Shown here piece after piece: positions 25,155-39,209 of a stretch of 64,000 nt of DNA. The stretch's first letter is position 1. Each line of letters starts with the position of its first letter. Both the position numbers and the translations under genes were made by a program. The notes under the pieces are model-generated. The model was not told the origin of the DNA. It worked only from the letters and a program-made list of their open reading frames with translations, and searched no databases. The stretch covers positions 22,570,001 to 22,634,000 of the forward strand of contig NC_045697.1 in NCBI RefSeq assembly GCF_009834535.1. The letters are read 5' to 3'. Source of the stretch: Camelus ferus (lineage: Eukaryota).

Positions 25155-27230
25155 GATTTTAGAAGCTTTATTGAAGCGTAATTTATCTACTATAAAATGT
25201 ACCCACTGTATGTGTAGAATTCACTGATTTTTAGTAAATCTAGAGTTTGATGTGTGACATCATTATCATACAGTTTTAGAATATTCTCCTCATTCAACAA
25301 GTTTCTTCATGCTCGTTTTCAGTCAGTCCTCTCTGCCCTAATCTCCAGGCAAACATTGATATGCTTTTAGTCTATAGATTTACCATTTCTGCAGATTTAA
25401 TATACTAGTATAACGTATAGCTTTCTGTATCTGGAGTTTTTGACTACCGTGTGTCTGAGCTTCATTTTTGTTGCATCATATATCAATAATTTGCTTCTTT
25501 TCATTAATGAATAGTATTCCATTGTATGGCTTTGCCTGTTTGTTTATTCATTCACTAGTTGATGAACATTTTGTTTTCAGTTCTTGGCTATTTTGAACAA
25601 CGCTGCTAGAAACATTTGAGAACTGGCTTTTCTGTGGACGTGATGTTTTCATTGCTCTAAGAGGATTCCTAGTTAAAAAAGGTCTAAGTCTTATATTAAC
25701 TTTTTTTTAAGAAACCACTTTCCTAAGTGGCTATACCATTGTGGTAGGCAAAAGAAGGGCTACCCTGCAGAGATGGACAAGTTCTAATTTCTGTAACTTG
25801 GGACTATGCTCCATCACATGGGAAAAGGGAATTAAGGTAGTTGGGGGGGGATATCTGAGCTTCTCCACGTGGACCCAATGTTAACTATAAGGGTCCTTAA
25901 AAATGGAAGAAAAGAGGCAGAGACATGAGGCAGAGAGATGACAACACAAGGATTCAGTGCTCTTTTGCTGGTTTTGAGATGTACGTGTTTGTGGGGGAGT
26001 TATGTGCACAGATTGGATAGAAGCCATTGGGAGCTAAGAACAGCCCCCAGCTGATAGCCAGTGAAAAACAAAGACCTCAGTCAATACAAGGCATAGAACT
26101 GAATTCTGCCAACATTTGAATGAGCAAGGAAATGTATTCTCCCTAAAAGCCCACAAAAGGAACACAGCCCTGCCTACACTGTGGTCTTAGCCCAGTGAAA
26201 CCCATATGGAATTTCTGAACTATAGGAAGAACTGTAAGGTAATATGTGTTATTTGATATGTTTTTGGTAACTTTTTACAGTAGCAAGAAACAAATACAAT
26301 CATTTTACATTTCAACTAGCAACAGATAAAGGTTGTAGTTTTTCAACATCCTTGCCAACACTTACCGTTGTCTTTTTAATTATAGCTACTCTAATGGGCT
26401 TGTAGCAGTATGTTGTTGCATTTCTAATTTTCATTTTCCTAATGAATAATGACATTAAACATCTTTTCTTGTGTTTGTTTGCCATTTGTATATCTTCTCT
26501 GGAGAAGATTTCTTTTGGTAAAATATCTATTTGAATCTGTTATCTATTTTTAAATCAAGTGTCATCTTATCACTGAGTTTTAAGTGCTCTTTACATAATC
26601 TGAAAACAAGTCTTTTATCAAATAAATGAGTTAATTTGTGTATACAGTGTGAGGTATCCAATTATCCCAGTACCACATGTTGAAAACAATTATCTTGGCA
26701 TTTTTGTCAAAAATAAATTGAAGATACAAGAAAGGGTTCTTATCCGGACTCTCAATTCTGTTACCTAAGTTTATATAATCTATATGACAACCCTTACACC
26801 AATACCACAGTGTTTTCATTGTTGTAGCCTCATAGTATGTCTTTAAAATGGTTAGTTTAGTCATATAACTTTAATTTCCAAAATTGTTTTGGCTATTCTA
26901 GATTCTTTGATTTTCATACATGTCTTTTAGGACTCACTTGTCAATTTATTTTTAAAAAACCTAATTTTGAATCTGTATATCAGTTGAAGGAGAATTACCA
27001 CTTTGAATCTAGTTCCATAAACATGGGATGTCTCTCAATTTGTCTAGATCTTTGATTTTTCTCAGCAGTGTTTTACAGTTTTTATTTTGCAAGTTTTGTA
27101 CTGCTTTTTATTAAATTTATTCTTAAGTATTGTATTCTTTTTTCTCCTATTGTGAATGGAATCATCTGTTTAATTTTATTTTTGAATTATTTATTTCTAG
27201 ATTACAGACAAAATTGATTTTATTTTTCTC
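25155..27230 (-). mobile_element. Old L1 (L1ME/L1MB-like) 3' region, interrupted by MLT1
   Basis: gaatagtattccattgtatgg...ttattcattcactagttgatgaacattt; host ggctataccat|tttacatt is rejoined across the LTR. Confidence 0.85.
25740..26298 (+). mobile_element. MLT1 (E/F-like) MaLR solo LTR
   Basis: tgtggtaggc...aaataca termini; 5-bp TSD accat/atcat; gaactgaattctgccaac. Confidence 0.85.
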
Positions 27231-27238
27231 TTGACATT

Positions 27239-27450
27239 TGTCTTAATTTCCTGAGACTGCTAGGAGAAATAACTACAAAGTTGGTGGCTTAAAACAATAA
27301 ATTAATTCACTCAGTTCTGGATGCCAGAATTCAGAAATTAAGACGTTAGCAGGAGGCTGTCCCAAATTCCTTGGTATTCCTTGGTTTGTGGCAGTTGTCA
27401 CTCCAGCCACTGCATCTTCTTCTACTCTTCTGTATGTCTCTCCTCTTCTG
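27239..27450 (-). mobile_element. MLT1B/C-like LTR fragment
   Basis: ggtggcttaaaacaataaattaattcactcagttctgga...ccttggtattccttggtttgtggc. Confidence 0.75.
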
Positions 27451-28229
27451 TTCATCTCATTAGTAGATTTGTCTTCAAGGTTAGTAGATTTTCATGAATA
27501 AACACTTGTCAGTTTGTTGTATACCTTCTGTCCATTTCCAGAGCCTTAAATCTATTGTTTTTTTGACAATTATGTCCAGTTTTGTAATTGTTTTAGAGAT
27601 GATTTGCCAAACTTTTCATCTCACTGTACCAGGAAATGCCCAATTTGTAATATTTCATATTTGAGTCTCATGTAAGGGTAGGAGAAAACTGAGTATACCT
27701 TTAAAGGTCAAAAATCTAAGCAGTACTTTTCCTAAGAGGCAGCATTTCATAGTCGGAAAACCACGAACTAACGGAACTGGATTTCAATGTGATGACTTTT
27801 GAGCTGTGTAATTTAGAAAAGATTATTTAAATTGTCTAGGTTTCTTCCTCAATCATAATAGAGTAGGAGAACAAAGATATTTTTAAACTGTTTGTTGAAA
27901 TATCAAATAACGTACAAATGCACAGTGATAAAACGTCTATGTATATACATACACATATGTGAAAGTTTATAGATACACAAAACATACACCTTTATAATCA
28001 TTTCTTTCTTATATATAAACTAAAAAAAAAAGGCAACACCAAAAATGCTCTATGCTTCATTTCTTTTTTCAAAAGAAAGTTAAATATATTAGCATCCCAA
28101 TGTCTTGACTTTGTATTATTAAGTTACTCTGTGTTCCTCTAAAGGAAAAGTGCATTAAATTGAATGTTGTAATAATTGGGATTGGTTACAAATATGCCCT
28201 CTTCTCTTTCTGACACGCAGCAAAACTGT

Positions 28230-28510
28230 CCTTTACCCAGCCACCTTGAGATGATTTTCTATCCCATGACTTGCTTTGCGTAAGGAAACAAGAAGGCAAT
28301 TCAATGTGATGCTTTGAAAGGAAAGTTTTAACAGCCGGACTTGATTTACCACATTCCAACTCCTCTGTCTCGGGGATCTCAGACAGACTCTCTTGCAAAC
28401 CCATAATGACATGAGTTATGAATGAGAAATAAGCTTTTGTTTTTCAAAACTATTGTGATTTTGTGCATGCAAGTTAGTGCAGCATAACTTAGCCTGATCT
28501 GACTAATACA
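28230..28510 (+). mobile_element. Old MLT1 LTR 3' fragment
   Basis: Ends gcagcataacttagcctgatctgactaataca. Confidence 0.65.
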
Positions 28511-30864
28511 GTTTTTCAACAGATTTATTGGTTTATACCCTTTAATATAAGTAATGCCCAGTAATATGCTTTAAGGAGTCGTGTACTTCTAATAGGGTTT
28601 TAACTAAAATCTAAAAGGATGCAAAAGTTTTATAAAATTCCTTGGAAGCCCAGTTAAAGAGCTTATGTTGCATTGCAGATGAATTCAACAGTTACAAAAT
28701 AATGGTAAACATAAACTGGTAGCTTAAAATATCCAAGCTAAAAGTCATTAAACTAGAATAAGCACTTGAAAATGAATATAGACTCAGATAAATGCATATA
28801 TTTAATCAAACATTTCTGTAGGTACTTTCTCTAACTGGGAAATTCAGAACCACAGGAATAAATGCAAGTAATTTGAGTGCTCTGCACTGGCATTTAAATA
28901 CAAGAGAAAAAATGTTAATAGGATAAGTACCAGAAAGGATTAAGTGAAGCTAAACACCAAAGAGGATTAGTTATTATCCTGCCTTTACAGGCACCCAAAT
29001 TTCATGTGGCCAAGTAGATAGGAAATAGAAAGCCAGTACTACAAAATGGGACTTTTTTTCTTCTTTCTGCAATAAGCTTATATTAAACTCAGTTTTATTA
29101 TGGCACATAACTAAACAAGTAACACAATACTTAAGCTTTTCTCTGGATAATCTAAAATGTAGTATACGTTTTCAGTGTATTTTAGGAAAATTTTGCATTT
29201 TCCCATCTAAATATCACATTAAATAAGCACACAAATTTGCAGCTGAACAACAGATTTTCTACTTTCAAAACCAATCATTCACACCCATATACTGTTAGGA
29301 CTTTCTGCATTATTCACGCCAAGAGGAACTGCAGAGATTTACTGTGTTTTACTTCATTTACTGTATATATTTCATTGCAATAAGGTAAGATATAAAGTAT
29401 ACACATATATATATGCATATGTGTAATATCACACACATACATATATGTGTATGTATGAATGTAAATAAACACATACATACACATGCCATTAACATTTAGG
29501 TATCTCTGAACCTGAGATGTGTCGTACACTGGTGAAAGATTTAAAGATTCCTTGAAAAAAGAATGAGAACCCTGGCTGTTGTATGAGAATCTTCAACTAA
29601 TATCCCCAGTAGGTAAAAAATGAACCATCTTTAAAAATGTATCCAATTGGCATTAGTGATTTGGAAGTAAATGTTAAGAGACAATTACAGAACGTTCTTA
29701 GGAAATGCTGTGTCACCAACACTCTTGATAACACATTGACCAATGTTGCGTGTTGTGATTCAGTGGCAATTCTTAACAAAAAATAAATTCAGGAAAATCA
29801 TTTTTGGATACAAAGAAGATTTAAGAACACATGAACTAATTTACTTTGCTCATTTTTTTTTCCATTGGGTGTGCATTATCAGAATGATACACAATTTGAA
29901 GAACTATCTCAGTAATGTTAGAACTCTTGGTAAGAATAAAATTGAAAAAAATGTGATAAGTATATCATTGTTTTATATGTTAGCATTTTTTCTTTCTTGT
30001 GTTCATAAAATAAGGTATAGCTTATAACTGATGATGTCTGCAGTTCATGAAATATGGTAGCGAATGGTAGTTTACTGATTGTAGTTCTTAAATTTTAACC
30101 TGAAAGGCAAGTGCTGTTGGCATCTCTATGGGGAATGATATTCTAGTTGTTCAGATAGTTGAACAACTATCATGTTCTATTCAACTCATATTCATACCAC
30201 TTTCCATGCAATTTCTGACTTTACGTTATTTTTCACCATATTTGTTTACTGCGGGTGAAAAAGGACAAAAGACAAGAAAATATTTGTAACTCAGGGCTAG
30301 TTTCTAACTATAGCCCAGTGGCTAGAATTATTTACTGAGTTCAAATACATTTCACTTACCAATATCAAATCCCTATCCACAAATACCAAAGACTTACTGA
30401 ATTTTACTCATTCAATCATTGAATAATTATTTGCAGAGTTCCTTATATATGCCAGAAACTCTCTAAATTAGGATTGCTACTTTACAATGATATTTTTGTA
30501 GAGTAGTATCAGTATATTACTATTTGAAAAAAATCTGATTTTTGACAAATAAAATTTCAATAGGGAAAACTTCATTTAATAGTATTATGAATGAAACATT
30601 CCAAAGATATACATTAGGGAATTCTCTTCAGAGAGAGCAGAGACTGCCTGTTGTGATCAATGATACAAGTCCGGCACCTGGCCCAGACCTGAAATTACAG
30701 TGTACGTTATTGAATAATTGCCAAATAAATGTTATCTTTACCTCTAATATCAGAAACAGAGACCAATTTAGAAGAGTTCTAATTCCTAAGCATATTTTTA
30801 AAAGCAAGGAAAAATAAAACTGTGTAAAAAGATTTTAAAATATTCAAAGCTAGGAAAACACCAA

Positions 30865-30899
30865 GTGTGTGTGTGTGTGTGTGTTTGTGTGTGTGTGTG
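30865..30899. repeat. (GT)n microsatellite
   Basis: Seen directly. Confidence 0.95.
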
Positions 30900-31101
30900 G
30901 AGTTCAGATATCTAACAGTGTTCAATCATGCTGCTACAATTGCTACAAAAGAAAAAAAATGCAAGCTTTTTTTTCCTTTTAATGCAAAAGTTAAACTGCC
31001 AAACATCAATTAATAGGTGATGTACTCAATAAATGTGCTGCATAAATGAAACTTAAAATGACTATTTATAGAGTTAAAAAGGAAAGATGGTACTGAATGC
31101 A

Positions 31102-31230
31102 GAATGACAACATATCCCAATTTGCCTGGGTCATTTCAGATTATGCCTGTTGTACCAGCATAATTACTAGAAGGTGTCTTCAACTATCCAGAATATCCTC
31201 ATTTGTCCAAAAAGTTATGTGATCATCTGG
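31102..31230. mobile_element. MER94-like hAT element
   Basis: tgacaacatatcccaatttgcctggg...atgcctgttgtaccagcataatta...gttatgtgatcatct. Confidence 0.6.
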
Positions 31231-31999
31231 GATGTACCTGATGATAAGATAAAATATTTGCAGAGTGATTTTTCTACTATTACCCATAACAACCCTTTTA
31301 TGACAATTAGATATTTCATTCTACTTTTGATTATTAGAAATCTATTTGTTTAGAAGAAATAGGTGGCATGGTTATTGTTTGTGACGTTAAATCTCATGAA
31401 TCTCATTTTATATTTTTCAGACACGTCCTGGTATACAGAAAACATAGACATTGAGTAGATAAATACACTTGTAATTCTTCAGATGAAACTTGATTGTAAA
31501 ACTTCTTAGAGATTGAGAACATTAATTTTATAGGACAGCTTCAGGTTTAAGTCTCTTTTTAAATACAAATATCTATGAGTGCAAATAAGTCATAATTGTA
31601 CATATTTGTGTTAGTTGTGTAACATCAACGCATGTACAGGAAAGAAAATACTATGCATGAGGGGTGTGTAAGAACTTGTCACACTTCCATGGGCAGGTAC
31701 ACACATACTCAGTATGAATCAAAGGCATGCTTCCAAGTGCTAATAGAAGGAAGTCCAGAGTGACTATGGAGATAGTTTCCATGGCAATGCCATCAATTTA
31801 GGTTTTGTACCACCACTTTCTAAATTCAGACCATGTCAGATAATTTTACTTTTTTTCTAAGAATATCAGAGTTATTATTAGAACTTTATATTCTAAAACA
31901 TATTTCTTCCCCTTCCTAATTTGTCAAGATCTTTTCCCAGAAAAAATATTTTAAAAATTATCTTGTTTTGAATTTTAGCTACAAATGCATAAAATTGGC

Positions 32000-34620
32000 T
32001 ACCAGTTTTGGCTTCAACTTGTAAAGAATTTGGATGCCATCAATCCTGTTCTTAAAACAAGAAAAAAAAACTGAATAAACAGAAAACGGACACTTTGTCT
32101 TGCGTCCATTAAAGCATTGAGTGTACAGAACAAATTGCCATCCAGAAATTTGGAGAAATGGCAAATTCAGAAAGTCATGGTCAAGATCTGCCTTGATTGA
32201 CAAGGTAGACTTTATTAAAATTAAACATTCCTGCTCTGTGAAAGGTGCTGTTAAGAGACTCAAAAGACAAGCTAAAGACTGGAATAATTTATTTGCAATA
32301 CACTTATGTGATAAAAATATGTATCCAAAATATACAAAGAGCTCTTAAAACTCAACAGAACAAAACTCAAACAAGCCAATTAAGAAATGGGCAAAAAATC
32401 TGAACAGACACCTCACCAAAGATATGCAGGTGTTATACAATGATATGAAAAAATGCTCAACATCATTTGTTATTAGATAATTGCAAGTCAGAACAACAAT
32501 GAGAACTATTTTATACCTATTAGAATGGCAAAAAATTCAAAAGTTGATAATATCAACTCCTTGAGAGTATGAGAAGCAACAGATACTCTGAGTAATTGCT
32601 GGTAGGAATATGAAATGATACAGCTATTTTGGAAGACATTTTTGAAATTTTTCACTATACTAAATATAGTTTACCAAAATATTCAGCAACTATGATCCTA
32701 GTTTTTATGCACATTTCTGAAAACTTATGTCCTCACAAAAAACCTGCACATAAATTTTTATAACAGTGTTATTAATAATCACCAAAAACTGAAATAACCA
32801 TGAGGTCTCTCAATAGGTGAATGAAAAAACTGTAGTACATACATACAATGGTACATTATTCAGAAATAAATGAAATTGAGCTACCAAGCCATGAAAAGAC
32901 ATGGACGAATATTAAATGCAAATGATTATGAGAAAACTAAGAGAAAGAAGCCAGTCTGAAAATGATGCATACTTTATAACTCCAAATGTATAATATTCTG
33001 GAAAAGATAAATTAGAGATGGTATGCAAATCAGAGGTGATGGAGAGTTAGAGCAGAGAATGAAGCAGGTTGAACAGATGAAGAACAGACTTTTCAAGGTG
33101 TTGAAACTGTTCTGTGTGATGCTGTAACGTACACAAGATATTAAATATTTGTCAAAATCCATAGAACTTCACAGCACAAAACGTAAACTTTAAGCAAATT
33201 AAAACAAACTTAGGAAGTCAGAGAGTCCCAGTTTGGAATGCAAATGTGACAAAAGAATCCACATGTATTAAAAAAAAAAAGTAGTGAAACCACCTTCCTG
33301 AAGGGGATGAGGCTGGTGGAAGGTGCTGATATAAGTAACTTCGGAGTGTGAATGGAGTGTGTAAGACTAAAGGCTAAGAGAACTGCCAGCAATCACTGTA
33401 TCTTAGTTGATAAATTTATTTTCCAGGAAGATAGTGGTTAACATTTCTGAGACTACTATAGGTGTATATTGGAACTGAACAATTAAGTCAATGGTTGGTG
33501 ACTAATAGGAGCCAGGTTTTCCTCTGTTGTAGGGGGAGGTTAAAGATAGGCAAGAAATAGGAGGCTAGAATAGTACATGTGGTAATGGGTAGAGCTGGAG
33601 ACAGCAGTCTGAGCTCATCTTTAGATTAACATACATACAGTTTGCATATATAGAAATATGACTACTTCAAATGAGAGGCCTTAGAGTAATGAGTAAACCT
33701 GACATCCAAATCGTGGTTTTGAATACTATCCTCCAACAAAAGAAACCAAGGTTCCTTGGAGAACTAGCCAATTTCAGGAATGAGTCAAGAACTATACAAC
33801 ATGAGCCTGCAACATGAGCCTCGGAACAATTTCCACACTTGACATGATGTAGCATGTCAAAGGGATACAGGAGCCAAGTGAAAGTGCCCCCAGTAGCTGA
33901 AACGGGAACAAGTCCAGCGAGAAAACAAATAAAAAAGTATTGGCTTTTAACCCAAAGAATAAAACATCAATGAATCTGTACTGACATAAAGGCATGATTG
34001 AATAAATGGATGAGAATAGACAAATCCCTGGCATAGAATTCCAAATAAATTCTGCACATATGCTATTCTTAAAGAAGTGGAATGTAATTTTCCACTCCTT
34101 AAGTGTGGTCTGCACATAGTTGCCTTCTTTCAAAAATACAGTATGAAAAAAGAAAAAACTTTACATTAGAAAAACCTGACAAATGCTAGCTCAAGCCAAC
34201 TGATCAAGGTTAATGTGACCAACAATGTTATGTTAATTGTGTGCATCCTTAATATATCATAAGAATGACCTTTGTGATCTTCCTCTCACGAAACTACAGT
34301 AGCCCAGTATAATCCTGATTGATCAAAACGTGATTACACATAAACCCCAACTGAAGGACATTCTTAAAAACAAAACAAAACAAAACAAAAATCTAAACAG
34401 TTATCCTCAAAAATGTAAAGTAACCAAGAACAAGGAAAATTTGAGAAAATGTCTCAGTCATGAGGTATGACTAGAGACATAATGTCTAAATGTAATGCGA
34501 TATCTCTGATGATATTCTGGGACAGAAGAAAGACATTAGGGAAAAACTGAGGAAATCTGAATAAAGTATGAACTTTCTAACCAATAAAGCATCAACATTG
34601 ATTTATTGTTACAAATGTTA
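32000..34620 (+). mobile_element. L1MD-like element: short 5' end fused to ORF2 C-terminus and long 3'UTR
   Basis: 32000-32190 is homologous to 4400-4570; ORF2-like IDKVDFIKIKHSCSVK..KRLKRQAKDW follows; 3'UTR runs to ~34620. Confidence 0.85.
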
Positions 34621-34622
34621 AT

Positions 34623-34757
34623 CTCTTTCTTTTTTAAATCCCCTTCTTTCTTTCCTTTCTTCCTTCCTTATTCCCCCTTCCTCTACCCTCCATTTCCTCC
34701 TCCCTCTTTCTTTCCTTCTTTTTTCTTTCCCTTCTCTCCCTTCTTCCCTTCCTTCCC
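34623..34757. repeat. CT-rich low-complexity polypyrimidine tract
   Basis: Almost purely C/T for ~135 bp. Confidence 0.9.
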
Positions 34758-34979
34758 AGTCATTTAACTTCTTGGAAAAAACTTACTATAGCTGAGAACA
34801 TTTCTTGCTTAACTACATGGAAGAAGATGAATTTCAAACTATTGCATAGTATTTTAGAACTTGGAAACTGGTGGGCAAACTTTTACTTGGCAAGTAGGGT
34901 AAAATCTCAGAAGTTTCATAGGTCTTGACACAAATATTATCTCATCTTTTTCTGGAGAAACCAACGTTTTCCTCAATCT

Positions 34980-35145
34980 CCATCCAGCCAAACTTCCAGC
35001 TGCATGCAGCTGTGTGAGTAATATCCCAGGGAACAAAGAACTCTCCAGCTAAGTCCAGTTACCCACGTGAGCCTGAGAAATAATAAATTGTTTTAAGTTA
35101 CTGAGTTTTAGAGAGGTTGATTATAAAGAAATAAAAACTGAAACA
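34980..35145 (+). mobile_element. Old MLT1 LTR 3' fragment
   Basis: ccagctaagtccag...tgagaaataataaattgttttaagttactgagtttt...aactgaaaca. Confidence 0.65.
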
Positions 35146-35189
35146 TTAACAAAACTTAGAACTTCTAAATGAATACAGATACTAACAGC

Positions 35190-35810
35190 AACATACAAAT
35201 AACAGCCATGAGCAAATTATTCATGTAAGAGAATACTTATTGGTGGATAAACATATGAAAATATGCCTAAATTCATGACTAATTAGAGATTAAAAATGAA
35301 AAGAATGAAGTCTGACTTCAGACTCATAAAGTTTATGATATTTAATACATTTCAAATTCTAAGTGGTTATGAGTATGAAGCAACATAATGGAAAAATATC
35401 CAGTGTTTTGTAATAGAAAAATTTAAAACAATCTGAACTCCTTAAACAAGGTAATGTATAAAAGAAAGTGATATATATTCAGAGCAGTGAAATCAAATCA
35501 AACTTGAGCTACATGTATCAACCTCATTAAATTATAGAAATATAAAGCGAAAACAGCAAGTATTAAAAGGATATTTACATTATAGAACCATTTACTATAT
35601 TTTTTGAATAATGCAAAAAACTTCATACTGTTTAGTGAGCATGCGAAGGGTGTAATATGGTGAAAATACACACAAAGATGACAATCCTTAGTGAAGAGGA
35701 AAATGTAGATTCAAGAAGTCCTCCAAGACCAGCTGCAACTACATTTGTAAATATCTTTTTTCTGAGAAATTATGAAACAAGTACGATAAAAATGTTTGAT
35801 TTCATAGAGT
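35190..35810 (+). mobile_element. Highly decayed L1ME fragment
   Basis: ataaacatatgaaaatatgc...ctaattagaga; gagctacatgtatcaac. Confidence 0.5.
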
Positions 35811-37594
35811 TATTCTTTTAAAAAAAAAACACCAACAGAATATTCATGTTTTCAGGGTAAGAAATAAAGAGTGTTATTTCTGAACCATACCATGTTTTCT
35901 CCCCCGCAAAAAATCCTACTGATTTGCATGGATAAGTATTTTTTGTATCTTCATGGGAGTTTTGACCTTAGCCTGAAATGCCCTTATCATTGAATAGAGA
36001 ATGTGTGAAGTTTGACATCTCTCTGGACTGACGTGGGATGCCAGATTCCTTATGGGTCATCCCAAATTCAAATCCATTCATTTCCTTTACTTTCCCTTGC
36101 ACATAAAGTAATTGGAATATTTGGTATTGCATATGTATTTTCTCCCTTAGCCTTCTTTCATTTTACTTTCATTAAAACAATATCTCAAGATAATTTCAAG
36201 GCTTTTGTTTTAATTCCATCTTTCCAATCCAGGCATTTGATGGCAAGAGTGACACAATTACTCTTCCATCTTCTGCTTCAGGTTCTGAGACCATGTCATG
36301 ACCCCACAATGTCCATCATGAAAGACTTATTCTATCATCCTTTCTTGACTTTCTTAAGAGATTCCATGATCTAAACATCAACCCATTAGCTTAACTGAGA
36401 CCTACTTAAATGAATAGAATAAAAGCTCCTCAGTAACATACTGCTGACATGTAAAGCTGCAACCATGTTTCTCATGCAGTTCAAACAGAGTTTGTTTTAC
36501 CACAAAAGTGACATTTTACAACCATCTGAAATTCTGAAGAAAATTACTATACACTGAACATACAACATCATAGCTTGCTTCACTCAAGTTTCATTTCATC
36601 TATGTTGCTCACCTGTCAAAAATTGCTACCCATTCTCTGCACATGTGATTTCTTTTTGTATTCAACTACTTCTTCAGTGTCTACACATCTTGTAATATTA
36701 TTGCTAACAACTTGGTTAACTTACAGCACTAGCCCTGCAATCTCAAATCCTACCAGGCTAGTCCATTCAGTAAACAGGAAAACAGCACTGCTTCTTTTCC
36801 CATGAGTCAGGAAAACTAGGTATTTGCTGATGTGGCCTCAGTAAGCACTTTCTGTGGTCCTGGTAATGTCACTAAGCCTTCCGGGATTTCGGTTTCCTCA
36901 TCTGTATAATAGACAAATTAAACTGATGGATACTTAAAATTCCTTCCACTTCCACATTTCTGTAACTTGGCTTCAAATATTATTTCAAAATAGAATTTAT
37001 AAATTAGAATTATTGCCATTGCTTGCTTTTTTCAAAACAAGATATTCATAGAAAAGGATCAGTTCAGTTTATCTGTATTTATTTATCTGAGGTCTATTTT
37101 TTAAAACAATGATTCCTTGTAAAAATCTATAAGTCTTTATTCTTTCTGAAGCAAGATCATTTTGGCATTTCTAGACTTACCTCCTATGAAGGACAATAAA
37201 GCCCTTCTTGAAAGTTATCTAAAATGATTATCTCCCTTAGGACGTATCACTTTCCATTTACTGTTTTTTTCCCAGCAACTTTGACTCACTGATTTATGTA
37301 CCTGATTCAGATTCTTTTTTTGTTTTTTGCGTGTTTTTGAGTCTGATAATTATGACTCTTTTTATCAGTAGTTTTGGATATCACGTAGAAGCTTATATAT
37401 TTGTGCACTTTTTGAATTCTAGTTTTACTTCTGCATTGTGCAGGGAAGTAAGTTGATGACAAGGCTTAATCGTTTTGTAAAACAAAGTTATTAACTAACC
37501 AGTTAGAGATATCCCCACATTAGAGAATTCTAGATAGTTTAGTTTTAAGTATGTTTTATAAGAAAACAATAAAACTCAAAAAAAAAAAAAAAAA

Positions 37595-37892
37595 CTGTCA
37601 CAGATCATAGAAGACTACAGAGATGTGATGACTGGATGCAACTTGGTGTGCGGGATTGAATCCAGGAATAGAAACTGCATTAGTGGCAAAACTACTGAAG
37701 TCTAAATGAAATCTAGATTCTAGATGTTAATGGCGATATACTAATGTCAGTTCCTTAGTTACGACAGCTTTACCATAGTAATGTGAGATGATAACCTTTG
37801 GGGAAATAGTGTAGGAATGTGGGGACTACCTTGTACCATCTTTGCAATTTTTGTGAATCTAAAAACATTTCAAGATAAAAGCTTATTTTAAA
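37595..37892 (+). mobile_element. L1MC/L1ME 3' end
   Basis: aactgtcacagatc...tagtggcaaaact...ctaatgtcagttccttagtt...gtaccatctttgcaattttt. Confidence 0.75.
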
Positions 37893-39209
37893 ATTGTTGT
37901 ACCCAGAATGGATCTTTTTCATGGCATTTTGGAATGTTTTTCTAAAATAGGAAGTCTATGCAGTGACAGGACTCTCTTGGCTTTAAATATTTATCAAACC
38001 TACTATCAGTAGTGAATTTTCCCAGATTATTATAGTGCAAGGAGAGGGAGATGATATCCACAGACAAGCATCAACCTACACAATTCACTTTATTCCAGTC
38101 TGAATGAGGAAGAGTTAGAAGAAAAACCAAAAATATCCTCTATTTTAAATATATTCACTAACTGCTTTAGACCAAACTAGTCCCATTAGATCCTAAAAAG
38201 CAAATCCATATCTAACATAACTGAATTTTATTTACTTAAAATAATTAAATCTATTATGTTAAATCGTCTGTGAACAAGTAATGTTTCTACAATTTTTTTT
38301 AATTTTGCAAATTAGTGATGAAATAAATGAACAAACTTGTCAAAATTGACTAAACTACATTAGGTTTTTAATATTATCTAATACGTGGACAAACCTGTCA
38401 AAATTAACTAATCTGTATTATTTTAAAAAATAATCCAAGTAGAAAATCTATCAAATTGAATAGATGATATATTTTAATAATATAGAATGCTATAATTATA
38501 CTTTTTAGAATATATGTTTTACTCAGAATTTTTTTAGTGGTATTTTAGGTAATATTTTTAACCTAGTAGAAAAGCACCAACTAGTGTAGTGACTGGATTA
38601 TCTTCACCGTTAAGTAATTAACCAAATTATGCTATCAATTCCTAATTTAATTGCTTAAGGAAAATAATCCAAATGTCATTGAGAAAGCAATTGTTATCTT
38701 TGCAAAGTCAAATACTTACAGTTGGATGAAAGTACAGATGTTTTTAATATATCTCAATTTATGGTATTTGGTTCTGTTTCTATAAGGAAATATATGAGAT
38801 GACACACTTTTTTGGTGTGTGTGTGTAAAATACCAAAGAAATTATGTACCAAAAATATTCTTGGCAATATTTTTTTTCTGATGAAAATTGTATAACTTTG
38901 TAAACATTAAGGAGGCAACATATTTGGGAACCAAAGAGAGAAAAAAACAGTGGTAAATTTACATACATACAGTACCACATGTAAAATGTACTCATGCCAT
39001 CATCCTTCACTACATCATAAATCAACAGTCTACTGTAAAAAAAAAAAAACTTTAACAATAAATAGATCTTGGGATTATTTAAGTATTTTTAATCATAAAT
39101 AGCCTTTGTAGCACATAGAAGTTCACTGGGTAGTTCTTGGTGAAGTTCTTAAAAGAGTTGTCAAATGTGAAGTTGAAATTTTCTTTTACAAAATACGTGT
39201 TGGAGATTT

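Noticed and set aside
37175..37225. Possible 38-bp minus-strand exon (tttAG ... GAG|GTAAGT)
   Set aside because: Poor pyrimidine tract and no recognisable peptide or companion exons
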